Shown: positions 18,543 to 28,782 of the stretch, in pieces
How the letters are laid out: each line of letters begins with the position of its first letter
Numbering within the stretch: position 1 is the first letter of the stretch
IMG/VR virus record: IMGVR_UViG_3300042542_006078
Strand: one strand, 5' to 3'
Source: a virus
Lineage: Duplodnaviria > Caudoviricetes
DNA: 64,000 bases
Translations under genes and position numbers: made by a program
The notes under the pieces: model-generated
Told to the model about the DNA's origin: nothing
The model's input: only the letters and a program-made list of their open reading frames with translations
The model's database searches: none

Positions 18543-21185
18543 ATGATTACATTCGACTATTTGAATTTTATTTTGTCTGAGGCCAAGAAAAGTAAAAAAT
18601 TTGTTGGGCCAAGAATGAGTGGCAGCTATGACAGATATTTTCTGCCATTTCATGCAGACATTGAATCAAAGTGGGAAAAATTTAATGATGAATATAAAAA
18701 AAGCTTTAATTCAAGCCTTACTCCTCCAGAGTCCACTGAGCGTATCTGGACAAGCGACGATGAGAGAGAACGCAGGCAAGGCGTGGCAGGCAAGAAGGTA
18801 AAACAAGCCCAGCCAAGAGGAAAAGGATCAGGCACAAAAGGAAAAGATTTAGAAGCTTCTTATGGAGTTAAGTTTAAGAACAAATTTAACAAATTAATTG
18901 CCAATACTCTAGGATTTTTCAGCTTTGATGCTAAAGGTAAAAAAAATTATGCAAACATCAATTTTTACGGACAATTGATGGCAATTTGTTCAAACCAAGC
19001 AAAGATACTAAATTCAAGACTCAAGTTTGATGTGCCATTGGTTTTCGGAGGCATGGCAACAAGACTATGGTCTACTGAGAGACAAGAAGTCAGTCGTGGA
19101 GTCGAAGGTGGCGCTGGTATTCTTAATCCAGAATCAGAACAAAACAAAGAAATCAAGTCAAAATGGATAGTATCCAAAGATTCTAGCGGTAGACAAGTAG
19201 GACATCTTGATCCAAAAGATTTTAATGATGTGGCTGATACGCTGAGGGCTAATGCAAGGAATGCCGCTAAAAACTTTATTGAAAACGAAGACTTAAGGTT
19301 TAGGAGAGAAAGTGGATATTCTCAGGACTCTAAGGGAAGGGATGTCGAACTTGATCCAAGTTCTAAGATAACCGGAGAAAGAGAATCGATTGGAAAAGTT
19401 GAATTGGCTCATAACATGTATGAGCTATTCAAAAAATACATCGACACAAGAGATGAAAAATTCTATGATGATGCCAAGAATCTTTGGGACAACATCAAGT
19501 CCAGAGAAAGATTAAAATTTAGGTATTCTGGGGAATGGCAGAGATTTATAGATGAAGTTAAAGGTTATCCAAAAAAAATAGCCAACGAAAAATTAGCTGA
19601 ACTATCTCGTCTTGGAATGGGAGCGGGTACTGAATTCAAAACAGGATATGGATCAAGAAGAGCAGAAGTTGCCCATCGGGCTTTTATCGACAAAGTAAAG
19701 CGTAGGATGGAAAGTTATGTAAACTTTTATGAACTAATTTCTGATCCTAATTTTTATAATGAAGTCCAGAAAATGGCTATTGATAATTATGAAGAAATGA
19801 AAGTTTACAATTCTGGTCCAACAATTCGGTACAAATTCCTATCTAACGATAAGAACCCAATAAGTAATTATGTCAGAATAGATTTTGTGAATGCATTACT
19901 CAAAAAATATCCGATTTTCTCCCAAGTGGACTATTCTGAACCTTTGAATCTAATTAAGAACTTTGTTCAAGAATCGTTGAATGACTATGCAGCAGGTGCA
20001 AAAAAGCTGCCTAAAATGAGCGGTAACGCTTTGAGAGGATATAAGCAAACAATCGAAAAATTCAAAGAAGCAGGTGAAATTGCAGATATAGTTTTGAGCA
20101 AGGGGGAAGGACAAGAATTATCAGCTTCAGAATTAGTAAAGCGTTCTGTTGTTCTTGGCAAGCCAATGAAACTAGACAGGGCAACTGAGCTTGTAACCTT
20201 GGTTGGAAAAATACAATCTCAGACTGAAATAAACGCAGAAGATTTGATTCCGGGTGACTTTGAAGTTCCAGAAAAACCATCTTATAAGCCACAAGTGGAA
20301 ATCGATCCAGACTACGACACTCAATTTGCTGATATTCAGGCTAAGGCAAAAGAGGCCGAAGCCAAAGAGCAAGAAAAAATCAATAAACAATATAATGCTG
20401 ATATTGAAAAGGTTCAAGAACTTGAAAAAGAAGATGATGAAAGAGAAAAAAAAGGTGAGCCCAGAATGTATGTCAGGGACAAAAACTTGCCTCTTAGTCA
20501 GCGTGGAGATGATATTGACCTTGGTAAAAGAGGAACTTATCTTGGCGACTTGAGTAATTTTGGAGTCCCTGTTGAGCCATTGGCGACTCTTCGCAAAAGA
20601 ATCAAAGCCCTTGGCCATTTAGTTGTTTATGGCCCAAGCGCAATTTATGGCACAACTATAGATTATGGCCAAGAAAAAAGAGGCGACTATGAATCTGGAC
20701 CAGAAGTAGAATTCGGTCCAAGTTTTGGAAAACGAGGACCAAAATTGCTTTATTCGCCAACTGATCCAGAATACAAAACGGGCGCTTACACTATGGAACC
20801 GGCTAAGTATTATCCCGGTGGCAAAGCAAGAACTTCTGAATACAAACCAAGAAAAGTATTAGGTATGGCTCGCAAATATGACAACATCATGAGAGATTTG
20901 CCTGATCCAGTTATGACAAAGCCGCCAACTACTTTGACTACTACAGTTACTCCTCCAAGAGGAAAATTTAGTTGGTCTGATGTTTCTTTGAGGCCTAAAA
21001 CTTCGATTGAACCAATAGGATCTATAGAAAAAACTACTGGACCTGAAAAAAATGTGCCTATTCCGGGCAAAGCAATCGATGATCCTCTCCGATTTACTAG
21101 ATTTGAAGGTTATCGTAATGCACAGGCCAAATGGAAGCCTTTGCTTGAACACATCGTTGATTCAAAATTTCCTTGGATGAGGTAA
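18543..21185 (+). CDS. 880-aa hypothetical protein with CTS-like N-terminus
   Basis: MITFDYLNFILSE; TAAATA at 18521-18526; SD GAGG. Confidence 0.8.
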   Translation: MITFDYLNFILSEAKKSKKFVGPRMSGSYDRYFLPFHADIESKWEKFNDEYKKSFNSSLTPPESTERIWTSDDERERRQGVAGKKVKQAQPRGKGSGTKGKDLEASYGVKFKNKFNKLIANTLGFFSFDAKGKKNYANINFYGQLMAICSNQAKILNSRLKFDVPLVFGGMATRLWSTERQEVSRGVEGGAGILNPESEQNKEIKSKWIVSKDSSGRQVGHLDPKDFNDVADTLRANARNAAKNFIENEDLRFRRESGYSQDSKGRDVELDPSSKITGERESIGKVELAHNMYELFKKYIDTRDEKFYDDAKNLWDNIKSRERLKFRYSGEWQRFIDEVKGYPKKIANEKLAELSRLGMGAGTEFKTGYGSRRAEVAHRAFIDKVKRRMESYVNFYELISDPNFYNEVQKMAIDNYEEMKVYNSGPTIRYKFLSNDKNPISNYVRIDFVNALLKKYPIFSQVDYSEPLNLIKNFVQESLNDYAAGAKKLPKMSGNALRGYKQTIEKFKEAGEIADIVLSKGEGQELSASELVKRSVVLGKPMKLDRATELVTLVGKIQSQTEINAEDLIPGDFEVPEKPSYKPQVEIDPDYDTQFADIQAKAKEAEAKEQEKINKQYNADIEKVQELEKEDDEREKKGEPRMYVRDKNLPLSQRGDDIDLGKRGTYLGDLSNFGVPVEPLATLRKRIKALGHLVVYGPSAIYGTTIDYGQEKRGDYESGPEVEFGPSFGKRGPKLLYSPTDPEYKTGAYTMEPAKYYPGGKARTSEYKPRKVLGMARKYDNIMRDLPDPVMTKPPTTLTTTVTPPRGKFSWSDVSLRPKTSIEPIGSIEKTTGPEKNVPIPGKAIDDPLRFTRFEGYRNAQAKWKPLLEHIVDSKFPWMR

Positions 21186-21206
21186 TTAATTTTCCTAGGA
21201 GGGAAA

Positions 21207-21749
21207 TTGGCTCTTTGCAATCTTGATGGAACACCATATCAATTAAGAGGAAGTGTTCAAATGTTTGATCCTCTGGATCGAACATTTGACCTTTTCAATT
21301 TATGGGATCAGGAGGCAATAAAAAGAGGTGGATCGCCAATTTACTACTATGAAGTTGTAATCACACAAGACATGATTGACCCGATTTATTTGGAGGCTAG
21401 GAACAAATTATTTTCCAATAATCCTGTTGAACTTTGGTGTACATATGAGCCTATTCCATCTCAAAATCTTTTGAATCAGTTTGGAATTGATGCTCCAGAT
21501 GAAATGAAGTTTGAATTGAATTATAGGGCTGTTTTGCAAAACCTAGGCCATCCTCCAAAAATTGGTTCAAGATTGTTTACTCCTCACCTTAGAGAAAACT
21601 GGGTTATTGTTCAGAGAAACCTAGGCGAATTCAAGATGTGGGGCGCTTTGAGAATAGAATTGATTTGTCAGAGATTTCAGGAAGATGTTGTTACAGGTGA
21701 CGGCAAAGTCACTCAGAAACAACCGGATCTTAAAATTAAAATTGTATGA
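21207..21749 (+). CDS. Neck/head-completion protein, T4 gp14-like
   Basis: QEAIKRGGSPIYYY, DPIYLE, NQFGIDAPDE; TTG start with SD AGGAGG. Confidence 0.75.
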   Translation: MALCNLDGTPYQLRGSVQMFDPLDRTFDLFNLWDQEAIKRGGSPIYYYEVVITQDMIDPIYLEARNKLFSNNPVELWCTYEPIPSQNLLNQFGIDAPDEMKFELNYRAVLQNLGHPPKIGSRLFTPHLRENWVIVQRNLGEFKMWGALRIELICQRFQEDVVTGDGKVTQKQPDLKIKIV

Positions 21750-21758
21750 GGTGATATT

Positions 21759-22121
21759 ATGAAGTCTTTTTATGAGTTTTATCTTCAGATTCAAAGAGAA
21801 AATGCCGCTGCTCCTGCCGCCGGTGCTGCCCCTGCTGCTGCTCCTGCCGCTGCCCCTGCTGCTGGTGCGGCCCCTGCTGCTGGTGCTGCTCCTGCTGCTG
21901 GTGCTGCCCCTGCTGCTGGTGCGGCTCCTGCTGCTGGTGCGGCTCCTGCTGCTGCTGGCACAGCGAAGCCTGTTCCTCCACAAGACCCGGGAGTTGCTGC
22001 TTTCATAACTGCTGTTGGCAAAAACACAAAGGTTTATCAGGATGCATTGTCCCAAATTAAAGATCCCAAGTTAGCGCCAGCAGCGAAAGCGATATCTGCT
22101 CTTCTTAATCCTCAAAAATAA
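21759..22121 (+). CDS. CTS-like protein with (AAPAAG)n linker
   Basis: MKSFYEFYLQIQRE followed by 18-bp Ala/Pro/Gly repeats (about 21805-21955). Confidence 0.75.
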   Translation: MKSFYEFYLQIQRENAAAPAAGAAPAAAPAAAPAAGAAPAAGAAPAAGAAPAAGAAPAAGAAPAAAGTAKPVPPQDPGVAAFITAVGKNTKVYQDALSQIKDPKLAPAAKAISALLNPQK

Positions 22122-22234
22122 ATTCTTGTTTCTCGTACAAATTTGGCTTGTTAATTTTTATAAAATACCACAATGGCAATTTTGGTTTTTTGAATTGAGT
22201 GATGGGTTCTCCTGCGATATAAGGGACGAACCTA

Positions 22235-23089
22235 TCACTTCTTTTCTTTATTTTGTATGATTTCATTTTTTTTCTTTGGGAAAAATAATTTCTTTTTGAT
22301 AATCTTGCATTTTTCCATGTTTTGGTTTGAAACACTTTTTAAGAATGTGCGGATTCCTTCCTTGCCTTCTTTCGTGAATATATTATTCAATATCTTATAT
22401 TTGTCATCAAAGTTATTTCCCTTGTAATCAAACCAACTATTCTTGACAAATTTTTTATTTAGTGTTTCTATGCCGTCCTCAAGTAATGCTCTGGCAGAGC
22501 TTTCTCCAGATGTCATTTCCCTGATTTCATATTGCATTTTTCTTGGAAGTATAATTATTTGTGCATATGGTTCATTTTTTCGGAAAATATATGTTTGTCC
22601 CGGCATCGGATTTTTGAATACAACAAAAAATATTTTGGGCCACATGCTTGTGTTGAGATGGCCGGGAATGGCTAGTGGAACGGTGTATGTTTCATCTGTG
22701 TAAAACCTTGGATGCGGTTCTATGCGAAGAATGTAGTCTTCAGGAGCTTCGATGTCCAAACAAGATGTCATTCCAAAGTGACCGGGAGCAAAGCTAGAAA
22801 ATGGAGGAGTGACACTTTTGGGTATTTTCTTGCTTTCTTCCGAAAAATCACCAAAAAATTTCACTTCACCCTCAACCATTTTGACATGACATTCGGTGTC
22901 AAAAGCGTAAAAAAGCTCAAGACCGTATGTTGAACCTTCAACAAAAGGTATGCAATGCCAAGGTTGTGGAACATCGCCGTTTCTATGTTGATTTTGTTCT
23001 CCAGACCATCCCGGTATCTGGAGACGAATTGGTCTAGGTGGCTCACCCTGATACCAAGATCTGTATTTAAGCAACATTTTTTCCATCAA
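22235..23089 (-). CDS. Hypothetical protein, possibly dUTPase-like beta fold
   Basis: WHCIPFVEGSTYGLEL and FRKNEPYAQIIILPR; weak. Confidence 0.55.
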   Translation of the reverse strand: MMEKMLLKYRSWYQGEPPRPIRLQIPGWSGEQNQHRNGDVPQPWHCIPFVEGSTYGLELFYAFDTECHVKMVEGEVKFFGDFSEESKKIPKSVTPPFSSFAPGHFGMTSCLDIEAPEDYILRIEPHPRFYTDETYTVPLAIPGHLNTSMWPKIFFVVFKNPMPGQTYIFRKNEPYAQIIILPRKMQYEIREMTSGESSARALLEDGIETLNKKFVKNSWFDYKGNNFDDKYKILNNIFTKEGKEGIRTFLKSVSNQNMEKCKIIKKKLFFPKKKNEIIQNKEKK

Positions 23090-23116
23090 TAAAACCTACA
23101 TAAATAAGGAGAAAAG

Positions 23117-24103
23117 ATGAAACCAGATTCAGGATCACATCAACAACGACCTTACGATCAATGCAATGAAATTGCAAGTGTTCCCGATCCCATTCTAGAT
23201 CAACCGCCACCTTTTTGCGATCCCGATTCCAATCCAAATCTGAGAAGTGTAAATGATGAAAGCATGAACTGGCTTAAAGACCAGACTATGAAAAAAACAG
23301 GTTTCGGGGCAAATGCAAATAGCGATCCAATGCAAAAGGGTAAAATACTCAATGACCCGGATGCAAATAATCGTGCTGTACTTTATCGCTATTCAAGAGG
23401 TCTTCGTGGAAGCGACGAGGCCATGCTGGACCTTTTCAGGAATGTCATTGTGATTGACGAAGACGGCAAGGCTTGGCCAGTACCAATAATGCTTGGTCCT
23501 CCTGAAAAAGCTGTTGCTGCTATGATTCAGGAAAATGTAAGAAAAGATGAAACTCTTGTTGTTAACCGTATTAGACTTCCAATGATGGCAATGACACAAA
23601 CCAACATTGAATATGATATTAATAGATACACATATCATAAGGCTCTCAATTATTTCTTGGACGAAGAAGGAAAACCGTCAATAACACAGAGCGAAAGATA
23701 CAAAAAAGATACAATTTTTGGATTTGCGAGGGGTATTCCTGTCAATATGGGGTACACCGTAACTGCTTGGACACTGTATAGAGAAGACATGAACCAAATA
23801 GTAGAGCAAATAATGACAAAATTTAGCCAAGTCGCATATATAAGAGTGACTGGTGTACCATGGGAAGTGATTGTCAAATTAGACTCTGTTGCCAACAACC
23901 TGAACAATGAGCCGGGAGATCAGCAAATTAGAGTAATAAAATATGAATTTAATATGACGGCACAAACATATATACCACAACCAATCGAACGCAAGAAGGC
24001 TGTTCTGAGTGCTAAAGTTGATTTTGTTGACGGATTGACAGATGAAACTGTAACAGAAGTTTTGGCGAGAATTGAACAGTCAGTAAAGGAATTAGAATGC
24101 TAG
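23117..24103 (+). CDS. Tail terminator/sheath stabiliser, T4 gp15-like
   Basis: VPIMLGPPEK, RIRLPMMAM..IEYD..R, PVNMGYTVTAW..EDMNQIVEQI; directly upstream of the sheath. Confidence 0.8.
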   Translation: MKPDSGSHQQRPYDQCNEIASVPDPILDQPPPFCDPDSNPNLRSVNDESMNWLKDQTMKKTGFGANANSDPMQKGKILNDPDANNRAVLYRYSRGLRGSDEAMLDLFRNVIVIDEDGKAWPVPIMLGPPEKAVAAMIQENVRKDETLVVNRIRLPMMAMTQTNIEYDINRYTYHKALNYFLDEEGKPSITQSERYKKDTIFGFARGIPVNMGYTVTAWTLYREDMNQIVEQIMTKFSQVAYIRVTGVPWEVIVKLDSVANNLNNEPGDQQIRVIKYEFNMTAQTYIPQPIERKKAVLSAKVDFVDGLTDETVTEVLARIEQSVKELEC

Positions 24104-24318
24104 AAATAACGAATAAGAAAAGGCATCCTGTGCAATTGATCATTAGGTCTAGGAGAGCCATTAAATCTTTCACTACATTAAACCTTCCCGGCGTTGGTGC
24201 AGGAAAAAATGTTTTAGTTTTGGAAGATGAAAGATCAACACCATATATAGATAGAGCAGAAAAAGATGGATTGATTTCCATAAGGCATATAACAAACAAG
24301 TTACGAAAGGGAGAATAA
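24097..24318 (+). CDS. Small hypothetical protein
   Basis: Overlaps the gp15-like stop, within the tail operon. Confidence 0.6.
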   Translation: MLEITNKKRHPVQLIIRSRRAIKSFTTLNLPGVGAGKNVLVLEDERSTPYIDRAEKDGLISIRHITNKLRKGE

Positions 24319-24322
24319 GACT

Positions 24323-26683
24323 ATGGCAATTCTTAAAGGTTTTCCACCATCTAACACTATCAGCCCAAGCGTTAGAATTGCAGAAAAAGACCTGAGCTTC
24401 ATTGCGCCTGAGCAATCTACACATGTTGCTGGTTTGGTTGGTTTCGCCTCTAAGGGTCCAATCAACCTTCCCATTTCTGTTAGCACCTCTCGCCAATTGC
24501 ACACTATATTTGGCAATCCTCATCCTGATACCAGCGATCCATTTCTTCTTTATGCAGCAGACCAGTATCTTTTGGTTTCCAATACCCTTTATGTGGTTCG
24601 TGTTGCTGATACAGATCCGGTAAGCGATGAGCAAGCTCTCACCGCTAGTGTTGATGTGCCTGCTGCTGGTACAATTATCGAAATTATATCTGACACTGCT
24701 GGCCCATACACTTTTGATGAAGACAGCTTCTTCCGATGGAAACTCAACGATTCTCTCTCAGATAAGACTCTTGTTGTTTTGGCAGGAATTTACTCTGTGA
24801 CTGAATTGGTTTCCGAGTTGAACAATCAGATTGATACGCAATTAGACGGAATTGAATTCTACGAGAGCGACACCAATACAATCGCTGTTCAAACCGTTTG
24901 GGCCTATGGTCCAGATGCCAGCTTGGAATTTGTGTCAATTCAAAACGCCATCTACGGTGGCGCTGTTTCTGACGGCTTATCAATTCGTGACAACCCAACT
25001 GGTTTGGGCACTGGTATGACCCGTGCCTCTGTGACCGGATCAGCAGATCGTTATCCAGCAAACGGCTATACCGCTTCTGGACACTACGATCTATCAGGAT
25101 TCACAGATCCTGTTATCGAGATCGTGATTGACGGTACTGACAACATTCTGATTGATCAGGTTGTTCAGACAATCACTTTCGCTGCTGGCGCAAACTATTC
25201 AAATATCGGTGACATCGTGACTGATATCAACGATCAGAAAACTGAAAACGGCGGTACACTACCCGGTGGTTGGACAGCAGTTGCTTCAGGATTCTCTTTG
25301 AGATTTGTTACAAATGCTCACGGTGCCGATTCTCGACTCTACATTAAGCCAGCAAGCGTTTCTGCTTTCGGCCTCAGCACCACCACCAAGTCAGGAACAA
25401 CTCCTTCCGGCGAAAGTGGCGCAATTGATATTGAAACTTTGGGTTTGGTAACTGGCGGTGCAAATACAGGTGGCGATGTAACATTCACCATCAACGCTGA
25501 TTCTCCCGGTATCGATGGGAATGACACTCAGGTTGTAATTAAAAACGATATCTATGACAACAATTTCACAGTTGAGATTTATACCAATTCTGTGCAAGTT
25601 GAATCATGGGGAGGCCTTACCAAGGATGATGCAAGCCGCTTCTATGTTGAAACCTATCTTGCTCTAGTAAGCGATTATATCAGAGTATTGGACGACACTG
25701 CAATTGCAGCCGCTCCCGCAGATGGCACCTACACCTTGACAGGTGGATCAGATGGTATCCCCGCTGACCCAGATCAACAAGATGTTCTCCTGATGGGAAG
25801 CCCTGTTGGCTTCACAGGCATCTATACCTTGAGCGAACCAGAACAGGTTAACATCGACCTTATCGCTGTTCCCGGTCACTCAAGCACAGCAGTCGTTCAG
25901 GAACTTCTCGCTTTCTGCCGTGATTATCGTCAGGATTGCCTAGCAATTATCGACGCACCATTCGGCTTGACTGTGAAAGAAGTTGTATCGTGGCAGAACG
26001 GCGCACATCCTCTTAACAATGTTCGCTTTGATAGCGACTTTGGCGCACTTTACTGGCCATGGGTTAAGATTTATGACTCCTACAACAAGGTTGATGTTTG
26101 GTGTCCTCCTAGTGGCTCCATCATGGCTGTTATCGCTCGTAGCGATTTTCTTGGCGCTCCTTGGTTTGCCCCAGCCGGTTTGACCCGTGGTATTGTCCCC
26201 AATATTACCGATGTCTACAATCGTCCAACTTTGGAAGAGCGTGACCTTATGTACGGCAATCGCAACTGCGTGAACCCAATCGTTCAGTTCCCTGATGTGA
26301 ATGGTTTCGTGGTCTTCGGACAGAAGACTTTGCAGCGTATGCCGACTGCTCTGGACCGAGTAAATGTTCGTCGTCTCATGTTTTACATCGAGAAGGCAAT
26401 TCGCACCGCAAGCCGTGCTTTGCTGTTTGATCCAAATGATGAAGTTTTCCGCTCAAGGTTCGTGTCTTTGGCCGACAATATCTTGAAAAATGTTCAAGTT
26501 GGTCGTGGCCTAACTGCTTATATCATTAAGGCCGATGCCGAATTGAACACGCCGGATGTCGTTGACCGAAATGAATTCCGTGCAAGAATTGGTATTCAAC
26601 CAACCCGTGCCGCTGAATTTATGTTTATTGAGTTTTCAATCCATAGAACTGGCAGCTTCGCAGCAGGAGCCGAAACATTCTAA
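24323..26683 (+). CDS. Contractile tail sheath protein, T4 gp18-like
   Basis: SPSVRIAEKDLS, GFASKGP, WFAPAGLTRG, RVNVRRLM, IQPTRAAEFMFIEF. Confidence 0.95.
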   Translation: MAILKGFPPSNTISPSVRIAEKDLSFIAPEQSTHVAGLVGFASKGPINLPISVSTSRQLHTIFGNPHPDTSDPFLLYAADQYLLVSNTLYVVRVADTDPVSDEQALTASVDVPAAGTIIEIISDTAGPYTFDEDSFFRWKLNDSLSDKTLVVLAGIYSVTELVSELNNQIDTQLDGIEFYESDTNTIAVQTVWAYGPDASLEFVSIQNAIYGGAVSDGLSIRDNPTGLGTGMTRASVTGSADRYPANGYTASGHYDLSGFTDPVIEIVIDGTDNILIDQVVQTITFAAGANYSNIGDIVTDINDQKTENGGTLPGGWTAVASGFSLRFVTNAHGADSRLYIKPASVSAFGLSTTTKSGTTPSGESGAIDIETLGLVTGGANTGGDVTFTINADSPGIDGNDTQVVIKNDIYDNNFTVEIYTNSVQVESWGGLTKDDASRFYVETYLALVSDYIRVLDDTAIAAAPADGTYTLTGGSDGIPADPDQQDVLLMGSPVGFTGIYTLSEPEQVNIDLIAVPGHSSTAVVQELLAFCRDYRQDCLAIIDAPFGLTVKEVVSWQNGAHPLNNVRFDSDFGALYWPWVKIYDSYNKVDVWCPPSGSIMAVIARSDFLGAPWFAPAGLTRGIVPNITDVYNRPTLEERDLMYGNRNCVNPIVQFPDVNGFVVFGQKTLQRMPTALDRVNVRRLMFYIEKAIRTASRALLFDPNDEVFRSRFVSLADNILKNVQVGRGLTAYIIKADAELNTPDVVDRNEFRARIGIQPTRAAEFMFIEFSIHRTGSFAAGAETF

Positions 26684-26712
26684 GTTGAAATAATTTTTAC
26701 AAGGAGAATAAG

Positions 26713-27306
26713 ATGGCTATAATTGGTGGAAATATGGGCCTTGATAAAATCGGCGGGCCAGCGATTGTTTTCAAGCGCAAGTACAGATGGACATTTGATG
26801 TTCAATGGAACAACCAAATTGTTCCCAGTGCATTCGTGAAAGTTGCAAGCCGCCCCAATCTCACGATTGAGGAAACTGAAATTAACTATCTTCACGGCAA
26901 GATGTGGATTCCCGGCAAAGGTAGTTGGGAATCTATCACCGTGACCTACTATGATATCGGTGGTGCTGGCGCTGGTGGTATGCAGACTCTGTGGAACTGG
27001 CTTGCATCCGTTTACAACTTCACCGACCCTAATAGCCTTTCGCAGACATCACGAAGAGGCAATGACGGAACAGAAGGTGGTTGGGCTGCTGTTGGCACAT
27101 TGAGTATGTACGATGGTACTGGTGCGACTATGGAAACATGGGAATTAAAGAACATGTGGCCAACCGCTGTTAACTTTGGCGACCTCGACTATAGTAGCTC
27201 CGAAGAAGCAAGTCTTGAGTTGACTCTCAGATTTAGCGAAGCTAGATACACACCATCTTGCGGAATCAACAGACCAGTTCCAAGCAAGATCGGTTGCAAC
27301 GCCTAA
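26713..27306 (+). CDS. Tail tube protein 1, gp19-like
   Basis: Follows sheath; WESITVTYYD, WELKNMWPTAVNFGDLDYSSSE. Confidence 0.9.
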   Translation: MAIIGGNMGLDKIGGPAIVFKRKYRWTFDVQWNNQIVPSAFVKVASRPNLTIEETEINYLHGKMWIPGKGSWESITVTYYDIGGAGAGGMQTLWNWLASVYNFTDPNSLSQTSRRGNDGTEGGWAAVGTLSMYDGTGATMETWELKNMWPTAVNFGDLDYSSSEEASLELTLRFSEARYTPSCGINRPVPSKIGCNA

Positions 27307-27331
27307 ATATAAAACTAAAATTTCGATTTTG

Positions 27332-27361
27332 GGCCTCGTATATAAAGTACGAGGCCTTTTT
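27332..27361 (+). terminator. Terminator hairpin containing a TATATA box
   Basis: GGCCTCGTA-TATAAAG-TACGAGGCC plus T-run. Confidence 0.75.
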
Positions 27362-27378
27362 TATTTATTGGGGTTTTA

Positions 27379-27888
27379 ATGGCTCAACAAATGGGTTGGT
27401 TTGACGATTTTGGTTTATCGCAAGCTGATGGATGTTTCAAAAGAAAAAATAGATGGCTGCTTAAAATCGATAACATAAGCGCACAAGGAATTAATGCTTT
27501 GCCTCCTCAAAAGGCTTCTAGGCCATCTGTTTCCTTCAAAGAGCTTTCAATGGAGCATTTGAATGAGACTATTTATTATCCCGGCAAACCCGAGTGGAAG
27601 CCGATTACATTGACTCTTTATGACCTTAAAAAAAATAGCAACCCAGTTCTTGGTTGGATTAATCAAATTTATGACACGGGCACAGAGCAGTGGAATGCAT
27701 CAGCAGATGGTTTCAAAAAAGATGCTTATTTAGAATTGTATGATGGTACTGGAGAAACATTAGAGTCTTGGCTTCTTGTGGCCGCTTGGCCACAAGACAT
27801 CAATTTTGGTGATCTAGACATGGGAACAAGCGAGGTTGTAACTGTTGATGTCACATTAAGATATGACAGGGCCGTCTCATTGGTTTAA
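27379..27888 (+). CDS. Tail tube protein 2, gp19-like paralog
   Basis: FKRKNRW, WKPITLTLYD, WPQDINFGDLDMGTSE..LRYDRA. Confidence 0.85.
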   Translation: MAQQMGWFDDFGLSQADGCFKRKNRWLLKIDNISAQGINALPPQKASRPSVSFKELSMEHLNETIYYPGKPEWKPITLTLYDLKKNSNPVLGWINQIYDTGTEQWNASADGFKKDAYLELYDGTGETLESWLLVAAWPQDINFGDLDMGTSEVVTVDVTLRYDRAVSLV

Positions 27889-28178
27889 TCTTCTTCTAAA
27901 ATTTCAACTTTAAGTTCTGATTTCAATATTTCTTGACACGCCTTCAGAGAATCTTCAAGTTCTTTGGGTTTGCACTTTAGAACCCTACATGCACCACTTT
28001 TATTGAGACGACCTTTCTTGGTGTATACCTTTGCATCATGTAGAAGGAATGCATCAACTATTTTTCCATAACCAGAGTCAATCAGTTTTTGTATCAATTC
28101 TTGATTTTCTATCTGATCAAATAGACTTTTACCTTGATTTGTCATATAACCTGCTTTTTCAAAAAAAATAAGAGACAA
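27885..28178 (-). CDS. Hypothetical protein
   Basis: 97-aa ORF downstream of the sigma gene; KKGRLNKSGACRVL. Confidence 0.6.
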   Translation of the reverse strand: MSLIFFEKAGYMTNQGKSLFDQIENQELIQKLIDSGYGKIVDAFLLHDAKVYTKKGRLNKSGACRVLKCKPKELEDSLKACQEILKSELKVEILEED

Positions 28179-28206
28179 AATATTTTATAAAAATTGATGA
28201 CGAATA

Positions 28207-28752
28207 TCAAGGATCACTAACGATATTGTGTCTTTTATACAAATTTTTTGTTTTAATGGGTGGTAATTTTTGATCAAGTTGAATTTGTATGAAGTCAAGA
28301 TATTTTCTTTTTAGTTCATTGTAGTTTCTTGCAGTCCTGTAAAGTTGACGGAAATGATTTAGAATACATGTTGTCATATAATTAAAAGCTTTGCCTTTTT
28401 CTGGATCAAAACGATCAATCTTTTCAAAACAGATCATGACTCCTTCCTGCACGGCATCATCTTGATCTATAAGATTAAACTTGGCATATCTGACTATATT
28501 TTCAGATAATGTATAAAAAGCTATTGCTAGTTGGTCCTGTGATTCTTGAAATTCGGATGAAATAATCTTAAATTCTTTTTCGGTCAATAACCAAGATTCA
28601 GGTTTTTTATATTTATCTTTTTTACCAACTCTGTTTTGCGTTTCTATAATATCATCCATGAAAAGTTGATATTTAACTCTTTCCTTTTTTGTTTTTTGGA
28701 AATGGACGATAAGCGATTCAAATGTCTTGTTATTCAAATATTCTGTCGCCAT
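28207..28752 (-). CDS. Late-transcription sigma factor, T4 gp55-like
   Basis: YLNNK, DDAVQEGVMICFEKIDRFDPEKG, AFNYMTTCILNHF; region-2-only size. Confidence 0.8.
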   Translation of the reverse strand: MATEYLNNKTFESLIVHFQKTKKERVKYQLFMDDIIETQNRVGKKDKYKKPESWLLTEKEFKIISSEFQESQDQLAIAFYTLSENIVRYAKFNLIDQDDAVQEGVMICFEKIDRFDPEKGKAFNYMTTCILNHFRQLYRTARNYNELKRKYLDFIQIQLDQKLPPIKTKNLYKRHNIVSDP

Positions 28753-28782
28753 TTATCTCCTTTATAGTGCTTATAATATTTT

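Noticed and set aside
14182-21185. Sigma region-2-like helices in the two large proteins
   Set aside because: Resemblance too weak to support by eye
21621-22055. Overlapping ORFs (poly-Q, poly-L, SSRS) on the AAPAAG repeat
   Set aside because: Repeat-induced shadows; only 21759-22121 has an SD and a CTS-like start
23117-27888. Bacterial extracellular contractile injection system or tailocin
   Set aside because: Neck proteins, a gp55-like sigma, gp46/47 and RNR in the same contig indicate a complete phage
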